Notes under the pieces: model-generated
Databases searched by the model: none
What the model saw: the letters and a program-made list of their open reading frames with translations, nothing else
Told to the model about the DNA's origin: nothing
Shown here: positions 28,590 to 40,588 of the stretch, piece after piece
Numbering within the stretch: the first letter of the stretch is position 1
Layout of the letters: each line of letters opens with the position of its first letter
Program-made: the position numbers and the translations under genes
Source: Candidatus Enterousia sp.
Lineage (GTDB): Bacteria > Pseudomonadota > Alphaproteobacteria > Rs-D84
DNA: 64,000 bases
NCBI GenBank assembly: GCA_045649345.1
Contig: JAZRPS010000018.1
Location: 75,499-139,498 of the forward strand
Direction: 5' to 3'

Positions 28590-30410
28590 ATGGTAAAAAA
28601 GATATCAAACTCTATAAAGTCCTTTATCAAAGGCGATGAATCAAACGGCCGTATTAAATGGTCGTTGTATGGGCGTGTCTGGCGCGAAATCGGCAGACCA
28701 TATGTTAAATGGTTGGTGGCCGGTATTTTATTCACTATACTTGCCGCTGCCGCCGAGGGTTATACAATCACCCTGGTTCAACAGGTTGTTGACAAGGCGT
28801 TCATAGAAAAAAGCATGAACGCAATATACTGGCTGGGCGTTCAGGTTATTATTGCCTTTGGTGCCAAAGGTACCTTTACATATGCAAAATCCTTGATTAT
28901 GTCCAAAGGTGGCTTGTTAGCCAGCGCAAATCTGCAAAAAAAGATTTATCGCCACATGATGCATATGAATCTGTCACGCTTTTATGGTGATGGGATTGGC
29001 AAAAACTTGAACTATTTCGGGGTTCAGGCAGGCGCGGTATTAAACCTGGTGACAGGAACCGTTATCCGTGTCGTTCAAAACGTTGCGACATTGGCCATGA
29101 CATTAGGATTGATGTTCTACTACGCCCACCAAATGTGTATTGTATTAATGTTCTTGGCACCTGCAATCATGATTCCAATGGTTATTATCATGCGCAAACG
29201 TCGCAAACTGTCACGTCAATCATTTGGCATTGCAAACAATGTTTCACAACAATTAAACCAGACATTGCACGGAATTAAAACGATTCAGGCATTTGCCGCC
29301 GAAGAACGCGAAGAAAAGAATTTTGCACACGTATTAAATAACGCAATGGTAAATGCATACAAAAGCACACAAGCAAACGCCCTGCGTTCACCATTAATGG
29401 AATTCATGATTTCCATTGGTTTATGCATCGCAATGATTATGGGCGGTCATTTTATTGCCAGTGGCGCAATCTCAACAGGTGACTTTACGGCATTCTTGTT
29501 GGCTTTGACTGCTGCATATAAACCTGCAAAAAGCATCACATCAACTGGCGACACATTACAACACGGGTTATTGGCGGCAGAAATTTTGTTCGAATTCCTG
29601 GACAGCAAACCAGAAATAACTGACGCACCAGACGCCCGCGAATTAACAGCAAAAAATCTATCCGTTGGATTTCACGATGTTTCATTTGCATATAATCCAG
29701 AAGAACCTGTTATCAAAAAACTTAGTCTACATGTTCCTGCAGGCAAGGTGTGCGCACTTGTTGGTCCATCTGGTGGCGGTAAAACAACATTATTCAATTT
29801 ATTGGAACGTTTTTACGAACCACAAACCGGTAAAATTACAATAAACAAAACTGACATACGTAAATACACATTAAAATCCCTGCGCGAAAACATTGCAGAG
29901 GTTTCACAAAGCGTATTCTTGTTCAAAGGCTCAATCGCCGACAACATCAGATACGGTCGCCCAAACGCCACAGATGAAGAAGTCATCGCGGCAGCACGCG
30001 CCGCAAACGCACACGATTTTATCATGGAATTCCCAAATGGTTATGATACAAACGTTGGTGAATCAGGTGGCATGCTATCAGGCGGACAAAAGCAACGCGT
30101 CGCAATCGCGCGCGCAATATTAAAAGATGCCCCCATCTTGCTATTGGACGAGGCAACATCTGCCCTGGATACACAAAGCGAAAAATTAATTCAGGCTGCC
30201 TTAACTGACCTGATGCGTGGACGCACCACATTTGTTATTGCGCACCGCCTGTCTACAATCTTGGACGCGGATATTATATGCGTAATCAAAAACGGTCAAA
30301 TTATTGAACAAGGAACAGATGCTGAATTATGCGCCCTGGGTGGGGAATACAAAAAATTGCGCGACATTCAGTTTAGAACAGAAACTAAAAAGAACAAAAA
30401 GAACAACTAA
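28590..30410 (+). CDS. ABC exporter, fused TMD-NBD (MsbA/multidrug-like)
   Basis: Six TM helices followed by an NBD (GPSGGGKTT, LSGGQKQRVAIARA, LLLDEATSALD). Start trimmed to 28590 because the ORF-track extension runs antisense through rpsU and tRNA-Ala. Confidence 0.8.
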   Translation: MVKKISNSIKSFIKGDESNGRIKWSLYGRVWREIGRPYVKWLVAGILFTILAAAAEGYTITLVQQVVDKAFIEKSMNAIYWLGVQVIIAFGAKGTFTYAKSLIMSKGGLLASANLQKKIYRHMMHMNLSRFYGDGIGKNLNYFGVQAGAVLNLVTGTVIRVVQNVATLAMTLGLMFYYAHQMCIVLMFLAPAIMIPMVIIMRKRRKLSRQSFGIANNVSQQLNQTLHGIKTIQAFAAEEREEKNFAHVLNNAMVNAYKSTQANALRSPLMEFMISIGLCIAMIMGGHFIASGAISTGDFTAFLLALTAAYKPAKSITSTGDTLQHGLLAAEILFEFLDSKPEITDAPDARELTAKNLSVGFHDVSFAYNPEEPVIKKLSLHVPAGKVCALVGPSGGGKTTLFNLLERFYEPQTGKITINKTDIRKYTLKSLRENIAEVSQSVFLFKGSIADNIRYGRPNATDEEVIAAARAANAHDFIMEFPNGYDTNVGESGGMLSGGQKQRVAIARAILKDAPILLLDEATSALDTQSEKLIQAALTDLMRGRTTFVIAHRLSTILDADIICVIKNGQIIEQGTDAELCALGGEYKKLRDIQFRTETKKNKKNN

Positions 30411-30440
30411 AAAAAAAACGCCCAAATGGGCGTTTTTTAC
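30410..30440. terminator. Bidirectional terminator between the ABC exporter and rho
   Basis: aacgcccaaatgggcgtt hairpin flanked by an A-run and a T-run. Confidence 0.65.
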
Positions 30441-31705
30441 TGGTTCATCGAACTAAAAAAGTCCGAATTTGTCTTGGTCATACGTAATTTATCTAACAAG
30501 AATTCCATCGCCTCTAACGTACCCATCGGATTAATTATTCGACGCAAAACATACATCTTAGACAATATTTCTTTGCCAACCAACAGGTCTTCTTTACGCG
30601 TACCAGACTTTGTTATATCAATTGCCGGATATACACGCTTATCAGACAACTTTCTATCCAAGATAATTTCACTATTACCCGTACCCTTAAACTCTTCAAA
30701 GATAACTTCATCCATCTTGGATCCTGTATCTACTAATGCAGTTGCAATAATAGTCAATGAACCGCCACCTTCGATATTACGTGCAGCACCAAAGAAACGT
30801 TTTGGACGCTGTAATGCGTATGCATCAACACCACCAGTCAAAACTTTGCCACTGGACGGAACACATGTATTATATGCACGCCCCAAACGTGTGATTGAAT
30901 CCAACAAGATAACTACATCCTGACCTGATTCTACCAAACGTTTCGCCTTTTCAATAACCATTTCTGCAACCTGAATATGACGCACAGCCGGCTCATCAAA
31001 TGTCGAAGAAATAACCTCTCCCTTAACACTGCGTTGCATATCCGTCACTTCTTCGGGACGTTCATCAATCAATAACACAATTAATTTTACATCTGGATAG
31101 TTCGTAGCAATACTGTGTGCAATATTTTGCAACATAACTGTTTTACCAGTACGTGGTGGCGCAACAATCAGCGAACGTTGCCCCTTACCCGTTGGGGAAA
31201 TCAAATCAATTACGCGCGCAGACAAATTGCGCCCCTTGTCTTTATCGTCTGGAACCTCCATCTTTAACTGTTCATCAGGATACAATGGCGTCATATCATC
31301 AAACGACACACGATGTTTCAGTTTTTCTGGATCGTCACCATTTACACGTTCAATTGTTTCCAGCGCAAAATAACGTTCTGTTTCTGCCGCAGGTGCCTGA
31401 ATCTGTCCTTCGACATAATCACCGGTTTTTAATCCATACTTTTTAATCAAATTTGGCGACACATATAAATCGTCCGGTCCTGCCAAATAGTTTGATTCTG
31501 GCGCACGCAAGAATCCAAAACCATCTTGCATACGTTCCAATACCCCATCACCAATCAACGTCACTTTTTTATCAGCCGCGAACACACGCATAACCGCGAA
31601 ACGCAACTGTTGCACGTTCAACTGTGACGGATTTTCAATCCCCATATCTTCCGCCATTTTCAGCAACTGCTGAGGCGACTTTGCCTTTAATTCATTAATA
31701 TGCAT
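30437..31705 (-). CDS. rho: Transcription termination factor Rho
   Basis: N-terminal RNA-binding domain plus a RecA-like ATPase ([19 protein letters not shown]); typical 422 aa. Confidence 0.95.
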   Translation of the reverse strand: MHINELKAKSPQQLLKMAEDMGIENPSQLNVQQLRFAVMRVFAADKKVTLIGDGVLERMQDGFGFLRAPESNYLAGPDDLYVSPNLIKKYGLKTGDYVEGQIQAPAAETERYFALETIERVNGDDPEKLKHRVSFDDMTPLYPDEQLKMEVPDDKDKGRNLSARVIDLISPTGKGQRSLIVAPPRTGKTVMLQNIAHSIATNYPDVKLIVLLIDERPEEVTDMQRSVKGEVISSTFDEPAVRHIQVAEMVIEKAKRLVESGQDVVILLDSITRLGRAYNTCVPSSGKVLTGGVDAYALQRPKRFFGAARNIEGGGSLTIIATALVDTGSKMDEVIFEEFKGTGNSEIILDRKLSDKRVYPAIDITKSGTRKEDLLVGKEILSKMYVLRRIINPMGTLEAMEFLLDKLRMTKTNSDFFSSMNQ

Positions 31706-31754
31706 AAAATATCCTTTTGTGGAAATGTTAGACGCAGAACTACGTCCCTTTTGT

Positions 31755-31795
31755 AAGTTATATCTTACACTAAATTGACAAAAAAGTCAAGTTTT
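31755..31795 (-). promoter_or_regulatory. Candidate sigma70 promoter for rho with a ~55-nt leader
   Basis: On the minus strand: -35 TTGACT, 18-nt spacer, -10 TAAGAT. Confidence 0.35.
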
Positions 31796-31842
31796 TTTAA
31801 TTTTCTCAAAAAAAATCCCCACAACACGTAGGGGATTTTATT

Positions 31843-34800
31843 TTAGAATCTATACGAACCAGAAATCTTGATATTATGCAACTGAATTTCTGAATTATAT
31901 TGATAACGATAATCAACACCAACCTGAACACCATTCGCAGATAGCAGCTCTATACCGCCACCAATATTAGCCCATAACGGATTAATATCAATATCATATT
32001 TCGTGCTGTGATCCGCCTGAACAAAACGATATTTTGCAAAATCGGGCGTCCCCAACACATCATATTCCACACCAATCGACGCATATGGACGAATCTGGAA
32101 CCATGCAGATGGATATATACGCTTTTGCGCAATCAAAGAATACCCTGGCGTCAGAACAAAGTAGCCATCTGATTCCAAACGCATATAATCATCGCCATTT
32201 ATCTTTTCTTTGACATCAAAGCCAAAATTATAACCTGCACGCGCATACAAATTACCAACAACATATTGATTCAAAATATCATGCATCAGCCCCCATTCTG
32301 TCAACAAACTCAACGCATAACCATCTCCATCAATATGACCTGTATAATTTTGAGAACGACTGATATCAAAGAAATGCATATCCAAGAACGCATTTCCATA
32401 CAAGCGCGCCTTTTCACCCAAAATCTTCATCATATATGCACCAAATCCAACATTTGTATCTTCTACATCAACCTTAACACGACCATTTTCAACAATATTC
32501 GCATAACTTAAATCCATTCTGTCCGCCCCAGCAGAAGATGTATGCGATACACGACCAGTCAATCCCAAAATCAAAGTATTAGATTCCTGCCAATCAAAGC
32601 CACCCGACACACTGAAACGATTACCATCTGTATGCTTGCCATCTGCAACATTTTGATAGAACATGCCATAATCCACATCCAACCATGCTTTTTTCAAATT
32701 ACGATTACGATTCCAGATAAATTCATCAAACATTCGGTCTTCGAATGAACGGAATGCAGTATGTTCATTTAACGCAACGACACCCATAATTTGTTCAACT
32801 TCACGTGCCTGAACTAAACGACTGAAACGTGCCAACGGTTCGCCATTCGACGTTTCGACGTAGTATTCCATACGGTTATACAGTTCATTCATCAATTCTT
32901 CTATATTCGTACCATCAAATATCAGTGGTATTACCTCTATCGGGGTGCGATTATAAAAACCTTTATCCTCTAATTGACCTGCGATCAGGTTGTCCAACGC
33001 ACCAGCTGATACATATTCGCCTGTTGTATAGTCAGGCTGACGCGCAACAATTGGTTGAATCTTTGTATTTTCAATTAACACAGGTCCACCGAAACGCGGA
33101 TCAAATACGATATACAAACTTTCCTTTGTACCATCTGCATTCATATCACGAACAGAAACATATGCCGGCAAGTCATCTTCATCGTTTGAGCCTGTCTTGG
33201 TCAAAGAATCAAAATAGTTATAGCAAACACTGCCATCTGCATTACAGAAACTGACATTCAAATTACGAATTTTCGTTGCTAGTTCGCTAATACCATCATT
33301 TGCCTGCAAGAATAAAATCGCCGTCCCCTGATCAATCGCATCTGTGATATTAATACCAATCTGTGGTTTACCCAACGTGCCATCCGATGTCAAAGAACCA
33401 ATTGTATTTATGTTCGCGTCAAACTTGCCACCAACAGTTATCAGTGCAGTTGCATCTTGCGGATTTGTTATTTGCCCTAAACTATTATCTGAATTCAAGC
33501 TTACTGTTGCCCAATAATTACGGTCTGTCGAACCAGCACCTGTTGCATACGGTAATATAATTGCGTTAATACTGCTGTTATCACCAAATATGTAATCACC
33601 GGCAACAGACATCTTTTCCAAACCAATAAAAGACACATTCTCACCCAGATTGCCACCAACACTAACAATCTGATTATCTGTTGTACCATCAGATAATTTT
33701 TGTGCAACAAACCGCAAATCAGTTGCGACGATATTGCCACCAACATCAATATCACTGCTGTTTATTACCAAAGAACCACTCTGATTAATACCAGACACGA
33801 CTAAATTCGACGTTGTTATTTCATACTTATTTGCAGAAATATTTATATCCTTGCTCGACAAAGCCCCCGCATACCCCTGATACAGCATCGCATTAGTTGC
33901 AATTGCACCATCAACATAAATGCCTGCGCCATCTAAAATCAAATTACCTGAATTTATTGTCAAATCAGACACATCTATAAACGCACTGCCCGAATCCAGT
34001 GTCAACACACCAGAATTATTAACAACGTCATCAAAATCAATACCATTAGCCGCACTTAACAGCAATGTACCAGAATTTGTCAATCCAGCCCCAGTTATCG
34101 AATTTCCTGCATAAACATCTGCTATACCCCCTGCCCCAGAAATAATATCACCAGAAACAACAACATTCGTTCCAACATCATATGTCGTATCACCAGCATT
34201 GATAACAAAATTTTCGCCAACAACTAGATTTCCAGCCTGCAATCTAGAAGTATTCAAATTCAACATGCCATCTGCTGCACCTGCTTGAACCAGATCAGCA
34301 GCGACACGAACATTTCCGGCAATATTAACAACATCTGCATTAATATTAGTCTGTGTTCCCGTCGTTCCACTGACAACCAAGCTATCCGCCACCAATTCAG
34401 ACGCGTCAACATCCAATACACCGCCCGTCTGGGAAATCGCACGCGCAACCACAGTATCATTTGCGGACAAAACCAAGGAATCACTTGTCATCACACTGCC
34501 CGTCACAATATCACCATTTGTTGCAACAAATTCTGCATCACCAGTATTATTAATATCGCCCGTTTCAATATCACCACCCGTGACATTCAAGACACCTGAA
34601 TTTGTCACCATGCCCATGACATCAACCACGCCATCCGCCACGATATTAACACTAGATTTATTTGACAATGCGCCACCAACTAATACAGCATCCGCAGATT
34701 CAATTTCAAATGTACGCCCTGTTCCTATGGACACAGCACCCAAAGACACATCTGAACCTGCCACAGTCGTACCCAGCTTAAAACTGTCAGTGTCTTCGAT

Positions 34801-37002
34801 AATTAATCCTGTATTTGCCGTCGTCCCATCAAATAAAACATTGCCACCGATATCAATATTGCCCGCCTCAGCAACAATATAAGCACCATGCGCAACAACC
34901 TTACCATCACCCGACATACTACCAACATTGGTACCATACGAATAAATTTCTACACCACCGTTATTATTCGCCATTAATGCACCATCAATATCAAGTTTTG
35001 ACGTCGCCAAACCAACTGTGCCAGAATCACCAAACACAACACTACCTAAATTTGCAACGTCTACATCACCCCCAATACCAATATCATTGGAAACAATTTG
35101 AATTCCCCTGGTCAACGCACTGTCCGTTGCAATAATATCACCTGAAATTTCAACATTTCCATTATTTGCCGTCAAAACAACCGGCGCACCATATGCGTTA
35201 ACATTCAGATTCCCTGCCCCCGTTGTATCTGCACCCAAAACAACATTGCCACCAACATATACATTGCCACCAACAGTCGTGTCATACAAACTGGCGCCAA
35301 AATTCATGGTACCTGTTGCCGCAATGTTTAATGAATTATCAACTGTCACACTGCCAGCCAAAGCGTTCAAATTAAACGTTCCCCCCACAACATTAATACC
35401 GCCAATTTGTACCGCACCACCAGACGTGTCAGAACCATAAAGGGTGGTTGTACCACTATTGTTTGTCATTGTTCCACTAACGAACACATCCTTGGCATGA
35501 ATTGTTGTTTCACCATCTGAATTTGTGACATCACCCGAAATCCCAATGTCGCCGGTTGTATCTGTCAAGGATTCAATCGCCAACACCGACCCAATCCCAG
35601 AATTCGATACAGATTGCAAATCAACGGTGGAACCATTCAACAACATATCCCCAGAATTTGAAATGTTTCCAGCAACAGACAAAACATACGCAGAAATCAA
35701 ATCTGTATTTGTCCCTGCCGTTGCGACAACAGGTCCAGAAATATACATATCACTGTCTGAACTTAATGTCATATTATTACCACGATTATTCACCGATGTC
35801 GCATAAATATCCATTGCCTTTATATTCATATTCGCATCAGCATTTACATCACCGTCCGAATTGACACCATTTAATATCGTGGTCGTATCTATTGCACCAT
35901 TATTCAAAATCAGATTAAAACTATCTAAATAATTTGCAAATGCCCCAAATTTCATATCACTTGAAACATTTGTTCCAAACGTCAGACTGCCCGTTTCCAA
36001 ACTAAATACATTTGCTGCCTTCATCCCGGACAAATTTATACCATTTTCAAAGTGTGTCTGACCAGATACATTGGCATAAAAATCACCGCTATTCACAAAG
36101 GAATATTCTGTACCAGAACCACCCGTGACCATCAGACTGGCAACATTCATGCGCATTGTTCCATTTTGCGAATCGTTTTTCATTGTCCCAGAAATCGTCA
36201 CAACACCCGCAGTATTTGCGTTTCCCGTGGTTGAATCTGTACCAATACCCGTCACCTGCATCAACGTCCCAGAATTTTCAAAATTCCCTGTCACAACCAT
36301 TGCACCAGATGTCGACAAAACCATTGAGCCCACACCGTTTTGAATCGTGCCACTGGACGATACGCCACCGTTCGCAGTAATATTTGTACTTGTCGCGCCT
36401 GTTTCAGAAACCAAACCACCCATAGTGACAGCATTATCTGATTCGATATTTAACACCCCAGACGTATTAATCGAACCAGTCGCAACAGTCGTCGCATTTA
36501 AATCAAATACCCCATTATTATCAATATTACTGGATTCAAAATTTTCAATATCTTCAAACGTCAATGTCCCATTATTGGTTATCGCATCAGCAACCGTCAT
36601 GTTAAATTTCGTAGTTGTCGCATCGTTTGATTTAAAACCCAAATTCCAACCGTCCAAAACCTGTAATAATGCACCAATCGAAACATTACCATTCGATTCG
36701 ACGGTAAAAGACTTTTTTCCACCGTTAACGGCATTTAGTATGTACAAATTCCCAGTTTGACTGCCCTGATCAGATGTCGCACCAACATACATATTATTTG
36801 TAATAGAAAATCCACCTGGGGATTGAATACTATTAACCCCGGCATCAGAAATTGTAATTGTCTGATTCGTTGGACGCGTTGCCTGCCACGCAGAACCATC
36901 TGTCGAAACAAACGAATCTCCAATATTTGCAGGTCCTACAACAACTGCGTTTGCACCAAATGGCACCAAACAGCAAACAAAAGAAATTAATTTTTTTATC
37001 AT
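31843..37002 (-). CDS. Large autotransporter (type Va) with ~1400-aa beta-helical Gly/Thr/Asn/Ser-rich passenger
   Basis: Sec signal MIKKLISFVCCLVPFGANA, a long repetitive passenger and a C-terminal beta-barrel ending ...ISGSYRF. A terminator hairpin follows at 31812-31838. Confidence 0.75.
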   Translation of the reverse strand: MIKKLISFVCCLVPFGANAVVVGPANIGDSFVSTDGSAWQATRPTNQTITISDAGVNSIQSPGGFSITNNMYVGATSDQGSQTGNLYILNAVNGGKKSFTVESNGNVSIGALLQVLDGWNLGFKSNDATTTKFNMTVADAITNNGTLTFEDIENFESSNIDNNGVFDLNATTVATGSINTSGVLNIESDNAVTMGGLVSETGATSTNITANGGVSSSGTIQNGVGSMVLSTSGAMVVTGNFENSGTLMQVTGIGTDSTTGNANTAGVVTISGTMKNDSQNGTMRMNVASLMVTGGSGTEYSFVNSGDFYANVSGQTHFENGINLSGMKAANVFSLETGSLTFGTNVSSDMKFGAFANYLDSFNLILNNGAIDTTTILNGVNSDGDVNADANMNIKAMDIYATSVNNRGNNMTLSSDSDMYISGPVVATAGTNTDLISAYVLSVAGNISNSGDMLLNGSTVDLQSVSNSGIGSVLAIESLTDTTGDIGISGDVTNSDGETTIHAKDVFVSGTMTNNSGTTTLYGSDTSGGAVQIGGINVVGGTFNLNALAGSVTVDNSLNIAATGTMNFGASLYDTTVGGNVYVGGNVVLGADTTGAGNLNVNAYGAPVVLTANNGNVEISGDIIATDSALTRGIQIVSNDIGIGGDVDVANLGSVVFGDSGTVGLATSKLDIDGALMANNNGGVEIYSYGTNVGSMSGDGKVVAHGAYIVAEAGNIDIGGNVLFDGTTANTGLIIEDTDSFKLGTTVAGSDVSLGAVSIGTGRTFEIESADAVLVGGALSNKSSVNIVADGVVDVMGMVTNSGVLNVTGGDIETGDINNTGDAEFVATNGDIVTGSVMTSDSLVLSANDTVVARAISQTGGVLDVDASELVADSLVVSGTTGTQTNINADVVNIAGNVRVAADLVQAGAADGMLNLNTSRLQAGNLVVGENFVINAGDTTYDVGTNVVVSGDIISGAGGIADVYAGNSITGAGLTNSGTLLLSAANGIDFDDVVNNSGVLTLDSGSAFIDVSDLTINSGNLILDGAGIYVDGAIATNAMLYQGYAGALSSKDINISANKYEITTSNLVVSGINQSGSLVINSSDIDVGGNIVATDLRFVAQKLSDGTTDNQIVSVGGNLGENVSFIGLEKMSVAGDYIFGDNSSINAIILPYATGAGSTDRNYWATVSLNSDNSLGQITNPQDATALITVGGKFDANINTIGSLTSDGTLGKPQIGINITDAIDQGTAILFLQANDGISELATKIRNLNVSFCNADGSVCYNYFDSLTKTGSNDEDDLPAYVSVRDMNADGTKESLYIVFDPRFGGPVLIENTKIQPIVARQPDYTTGEYVSAGALDNLIAGQLEDKGFYNRTPIEVIPLIFDGTNIEELMNELYNRMEYYVETSNGEPLARFSRLVQAREVEQIMGVVALNEHTAFRSFEDRMFDEFIWNRNRNLKKAWLDVDYGMFYQNVADGKHTDGNRFSVSGGFDWQESNTLILGLTGRVSHTSSAGADRMDLSYANIVENGRVKVDVEDTNVGFGAYMMKILGEKARLYGNAFLDMHFFDISRSQNYTGHIDGDGYALSLLTEWGLMHDILNQYVVGNLYARAGYNFGFDVKEKINGDDYMRLESDGYFVLTPGYSLIAQKRIYPSAWFQIRPYASIGVEYDVLGTPDFAKYRFVQADHSTKYDIDINPLWANIGGGIELLSANGVQVGVDYRYQYNSEIQLHNIKISGSYRF

Positions 37003-37030
37003 TTTTTTATTTTTTCCATTCCATTCTTAG

Positions 37031-38356
<1,326 letters not shown>

Positions 38357-38433
38357 TCCGATCAGAGATGAACAAACTAAACACAGGGGGGCGCATAAAA
38401 AGTGCCCCTTTGTCATATAATATATGAACGGCA

Positions 38434-38643
38434 ATGTCGGTTGATTGGGATATGTTTTTGCTGGTCGGCAAATACGCAATATGCGTGTTGTTATTGTTGG
38501 GCGTAATTTTGGCACCATCATGGATTGCACGCCAAAATGGCAAGGGAAAACCACAAATGCACGCCGTACGCCTGGGCAGCTGGGTATTCGGTTGGTCAAT
38601 TATCGGATGGCTGTGGGCGTTATATTGGGCAGTACGTAAATAA
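38434..38643 (+). CDS. Superinfection-immunity-like small membrane protein (Imm_superinfect-like)
   Basis: LAPSWIARQNGKGKPQMHAVRLGSWVFGWSIIGWLWALYWAV fits the two-TM PSIIA...LGWT.IGW..AL.WA pattern. A terminator follows at 38642-38670. Confidence 0.5.
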   Translation: MSVDWDMFLLVGKYAICVLLLLGVILAPSWIARQNGKGKPQMHAVRLGSWVFGWSIIGWLWALYWAVRK

Positions 38644-38667
38644 AAAAAACGCCAAACGGCGTTTTTT

Positions 38668-38781
38668 TTAATAAACTGGATAATCACGTGGGAACGAAGA
38701 ATCAGGACGAACTAATTCAGACTTCACACCACATCCCACCAACAATAATGCCATAAATAACAATACACTAAATTTCTTCAT
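38668..38781 (-). CDS. Very small putative lipoprotein (37 aa), absent from the ORF track
   Basis: MKKFSVLLFMALLLVGCGVKSELVRPDSSFPRDYPVY has a lipobox LLVGC. It has no clear RBS. Confidence 0.3.
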   Translation of the reverse strand: MKKFSVLLFMALLLVGCGVKSELVRPDSSFPRDYPVY

Positions 38782-38807
38782 GTACATATAATACCCAATA
38801 TTAAATA

Positions 38808-39908
38808 TTATGCAACCTGTTTCATATCAGATTTAATCTGACGAATATATTTACGCAATTCATCAATCGCCACCAACGAACCGTCACGCTTTTGTGCAGA
38901 CCAATAATCCCACCCATTAAAACTGACACTGCGTTGCAACTTTGCCGCCATAACATGAATTGATGCCTTGCCTAATAATGGATGTGCCAACATCGCATCA
39001 CGCGTTATCATGACACGTTCACCACGCGGACTGACCAACGTCTGACCAACATACAACAATCCAGCAGCTATCAGTTCTTTAAAGGCAACACGAACCTCCT
39101 CTCGTTTTGGTTTTGCGACCTCTATATCCGACAAATCAATTGGCGTCACTGCGGCAACACGTTCACGTGCCGCACTTACATATTCTGCCTCTCGTTCAAA
39201 GCCAATAAATTGGCGTCCCAATTCACGCGCAGCAACCGCCGTTGTACCCGACCCCATAAAAGGATCCAATATAATATCACCCGGCTTGGTTGATGCCAAA
39301 ATAACCCTATGTAATAAATCCAGTGGTTTTTGTGTATTATGCAAACTCTTGCCATCTGCACCCTTTACACGTTCTTCACCCAGGCAAATATTCAATCCCC
39401 AGTCAGAACGCATCTGTTTCCCACCGTTTAATTTTTTCATTGTTTCATAATTAAACGTATATTTACCTGTTTTTGTTGGCGTTGCCCAAATTAACGTTTC
39501 ATGCGCATTTGTAAAGCGCGTCCCACGAAAATTCGGCATTGGATTTGTCTTTACCCAAACGACATCATTCAAAATCCAAAAACCCATATCCTGTAAAGCA
39601 GCACCAACACGAAAAATATTATGATAACTGCCAATCGTCCACATGGCACCATTTGGTTTTAATACGCGTTTACATTCCGCCAGCCATTGACGCGTAAATT
39701 CATCATACGCATCCGAAGATTCAAACGAATCCCATGAATCACGCACTGCACGTGCCGCGGTCTGATCTTCGGGTCTATATAATGTCTTGGCGCCCAATTG
39801 TAAATTATATGGCGGATCGGCAAATACCGCATCAACAGACGCATCTGGCAAACCACGCATCAATTCGATGCAATCGCCCAGCAAAATTTGATTCAGGTAT
39901 TTGTTCAT
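38808..39908 (-). CDS. ccrM: CcrM-type N6-adenine DNA methyltransferase (GANTC)
   Basis: DPPYN motif, a beta-class MTase with a ~80-aa C-terminal extension typical of alphaproteobacterial CcrM. Start trimmed to MNKYLNQILLGD. Confidence 0.85.
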   Translation of the reverse strand: MNKYLNQILLGDCIELMRGLPDASVDAVFADPPYNLQLGAKTLYRPEDQTAARAVRDSWDSFESSDAYDEFTRQWLAECKRVLKPNGAMWTIGSYHNIFRVGAALQDMGFWILNDVVWVKTNPMPNFRGTRFTNAHETLIWATPTKTGKYTFNYETMKKLNGGKQMRSDWGLNICLGEERVKGADGKSLHNTQKPLDLLHRVILASTKPGDIILDPFMGSGTTAVAARELGRQFIGFEREAEYVSAARERVAAVTPIDLSDIEVAKPKREEVRVAFKELIAAGLLYVGQTLVSPRGERVMITRDAMLAHPLLGKASIHVMAAKLQRSVSFNGWDYWSAQKRDGSLVAIDELRKYIRQIKSDMKQVA

Positions 39909-40075
39909 CTCTCTCATTCTCCCTATGCAAGACATTTTATCATATTTTTAACTATAAAAATTTGTATCCCACCCCACATTTTTGAAATAAAACACTTGAT
40001 TTTTTGTTAAAGTGCATTTTTTTGAAAAATAAAATCACTTGCCAAGTTCGGATTTGATTGCTACCGTATATAACC

Positions 40076-40576
40076 ATGAGATGCCCATATTGCAATTCTA
40101 CGGATAGCCGTGTGACGGATTCACGCCCAGATATCGAAGACGCGATTATTCGCCGTCGTCGTGTCTGCGAACAGTGTGGCGCAAAATTTACAACCGTTGA
40201 ACGCGTACAAATGCGCGACCTGATGGTTCGCAAAAATAGTGGCAAGTTAGAGGCATTCGATCGCGAGAAACTGCGTCGCAGCATAAAGTTAGCCTGTCGC
40301 AATCGTGATGTTGGCGACGAACAAATAGAAAAACTGGTCACATCAATCCATCGCCGTCTGGAAACAGAAACCCCAGATGATACGGTCACCAGTGTTATGG
40401 TTGGTCAAATGGTATCCGATTCATTATTAAATCTGGACCCAATCGCGTTCGTACGTTTTGCATCTGTTTATCGCAAGTTTTCACGCGTGTCAGACTTCAA
40501 AAAAATCATTGACCAAATACCAGAGGATAAAGATGACGCAGTGGTATGCAAACTGCCCAAGACGTCATTATTCTGA
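40076..40576 (+). CDS. nrdR: Transcriptional repressor NrdR
   Basis: MRCPYCNSTDSRVTDSRP...RRRRVCEQCGAKFTT is the NrdR zinc ribbon, followed by an ATP-cone domain. Confidence 0.9.
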   Translation: MRCPYCNSTDSRVTDSRPDIEDAIIRRRRVCEQCGAKFTTVERVQMRDLMVRKNSGKLEAFDREKLRRSIKLACRNRDVGDEQIEKLVTSIHRRLETETPDDTVTSVMVGQMVSDSLLNLDPIAFVRFASVYRKFSRVSDFKKIIDQIPEDKDDAVVCKLPKTSLF

Positions 40577-40588
40577 TGATATAATAAA

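Noticed and set aside
32266-36990. Numerous 60-140-aa ORFs on the plus strand inside the autotransporter gene
   Set aside because: They are antisense artefacts of the long, repetitive Gly/Thr/Asn-rich passenger-domain coding sequence.
39952-40389. 145-aa minus-strand ORF opposite nrdR
   Set aside because: It is antisense to a well-conserved NrdR coding sequence and its product has no recognisable features.
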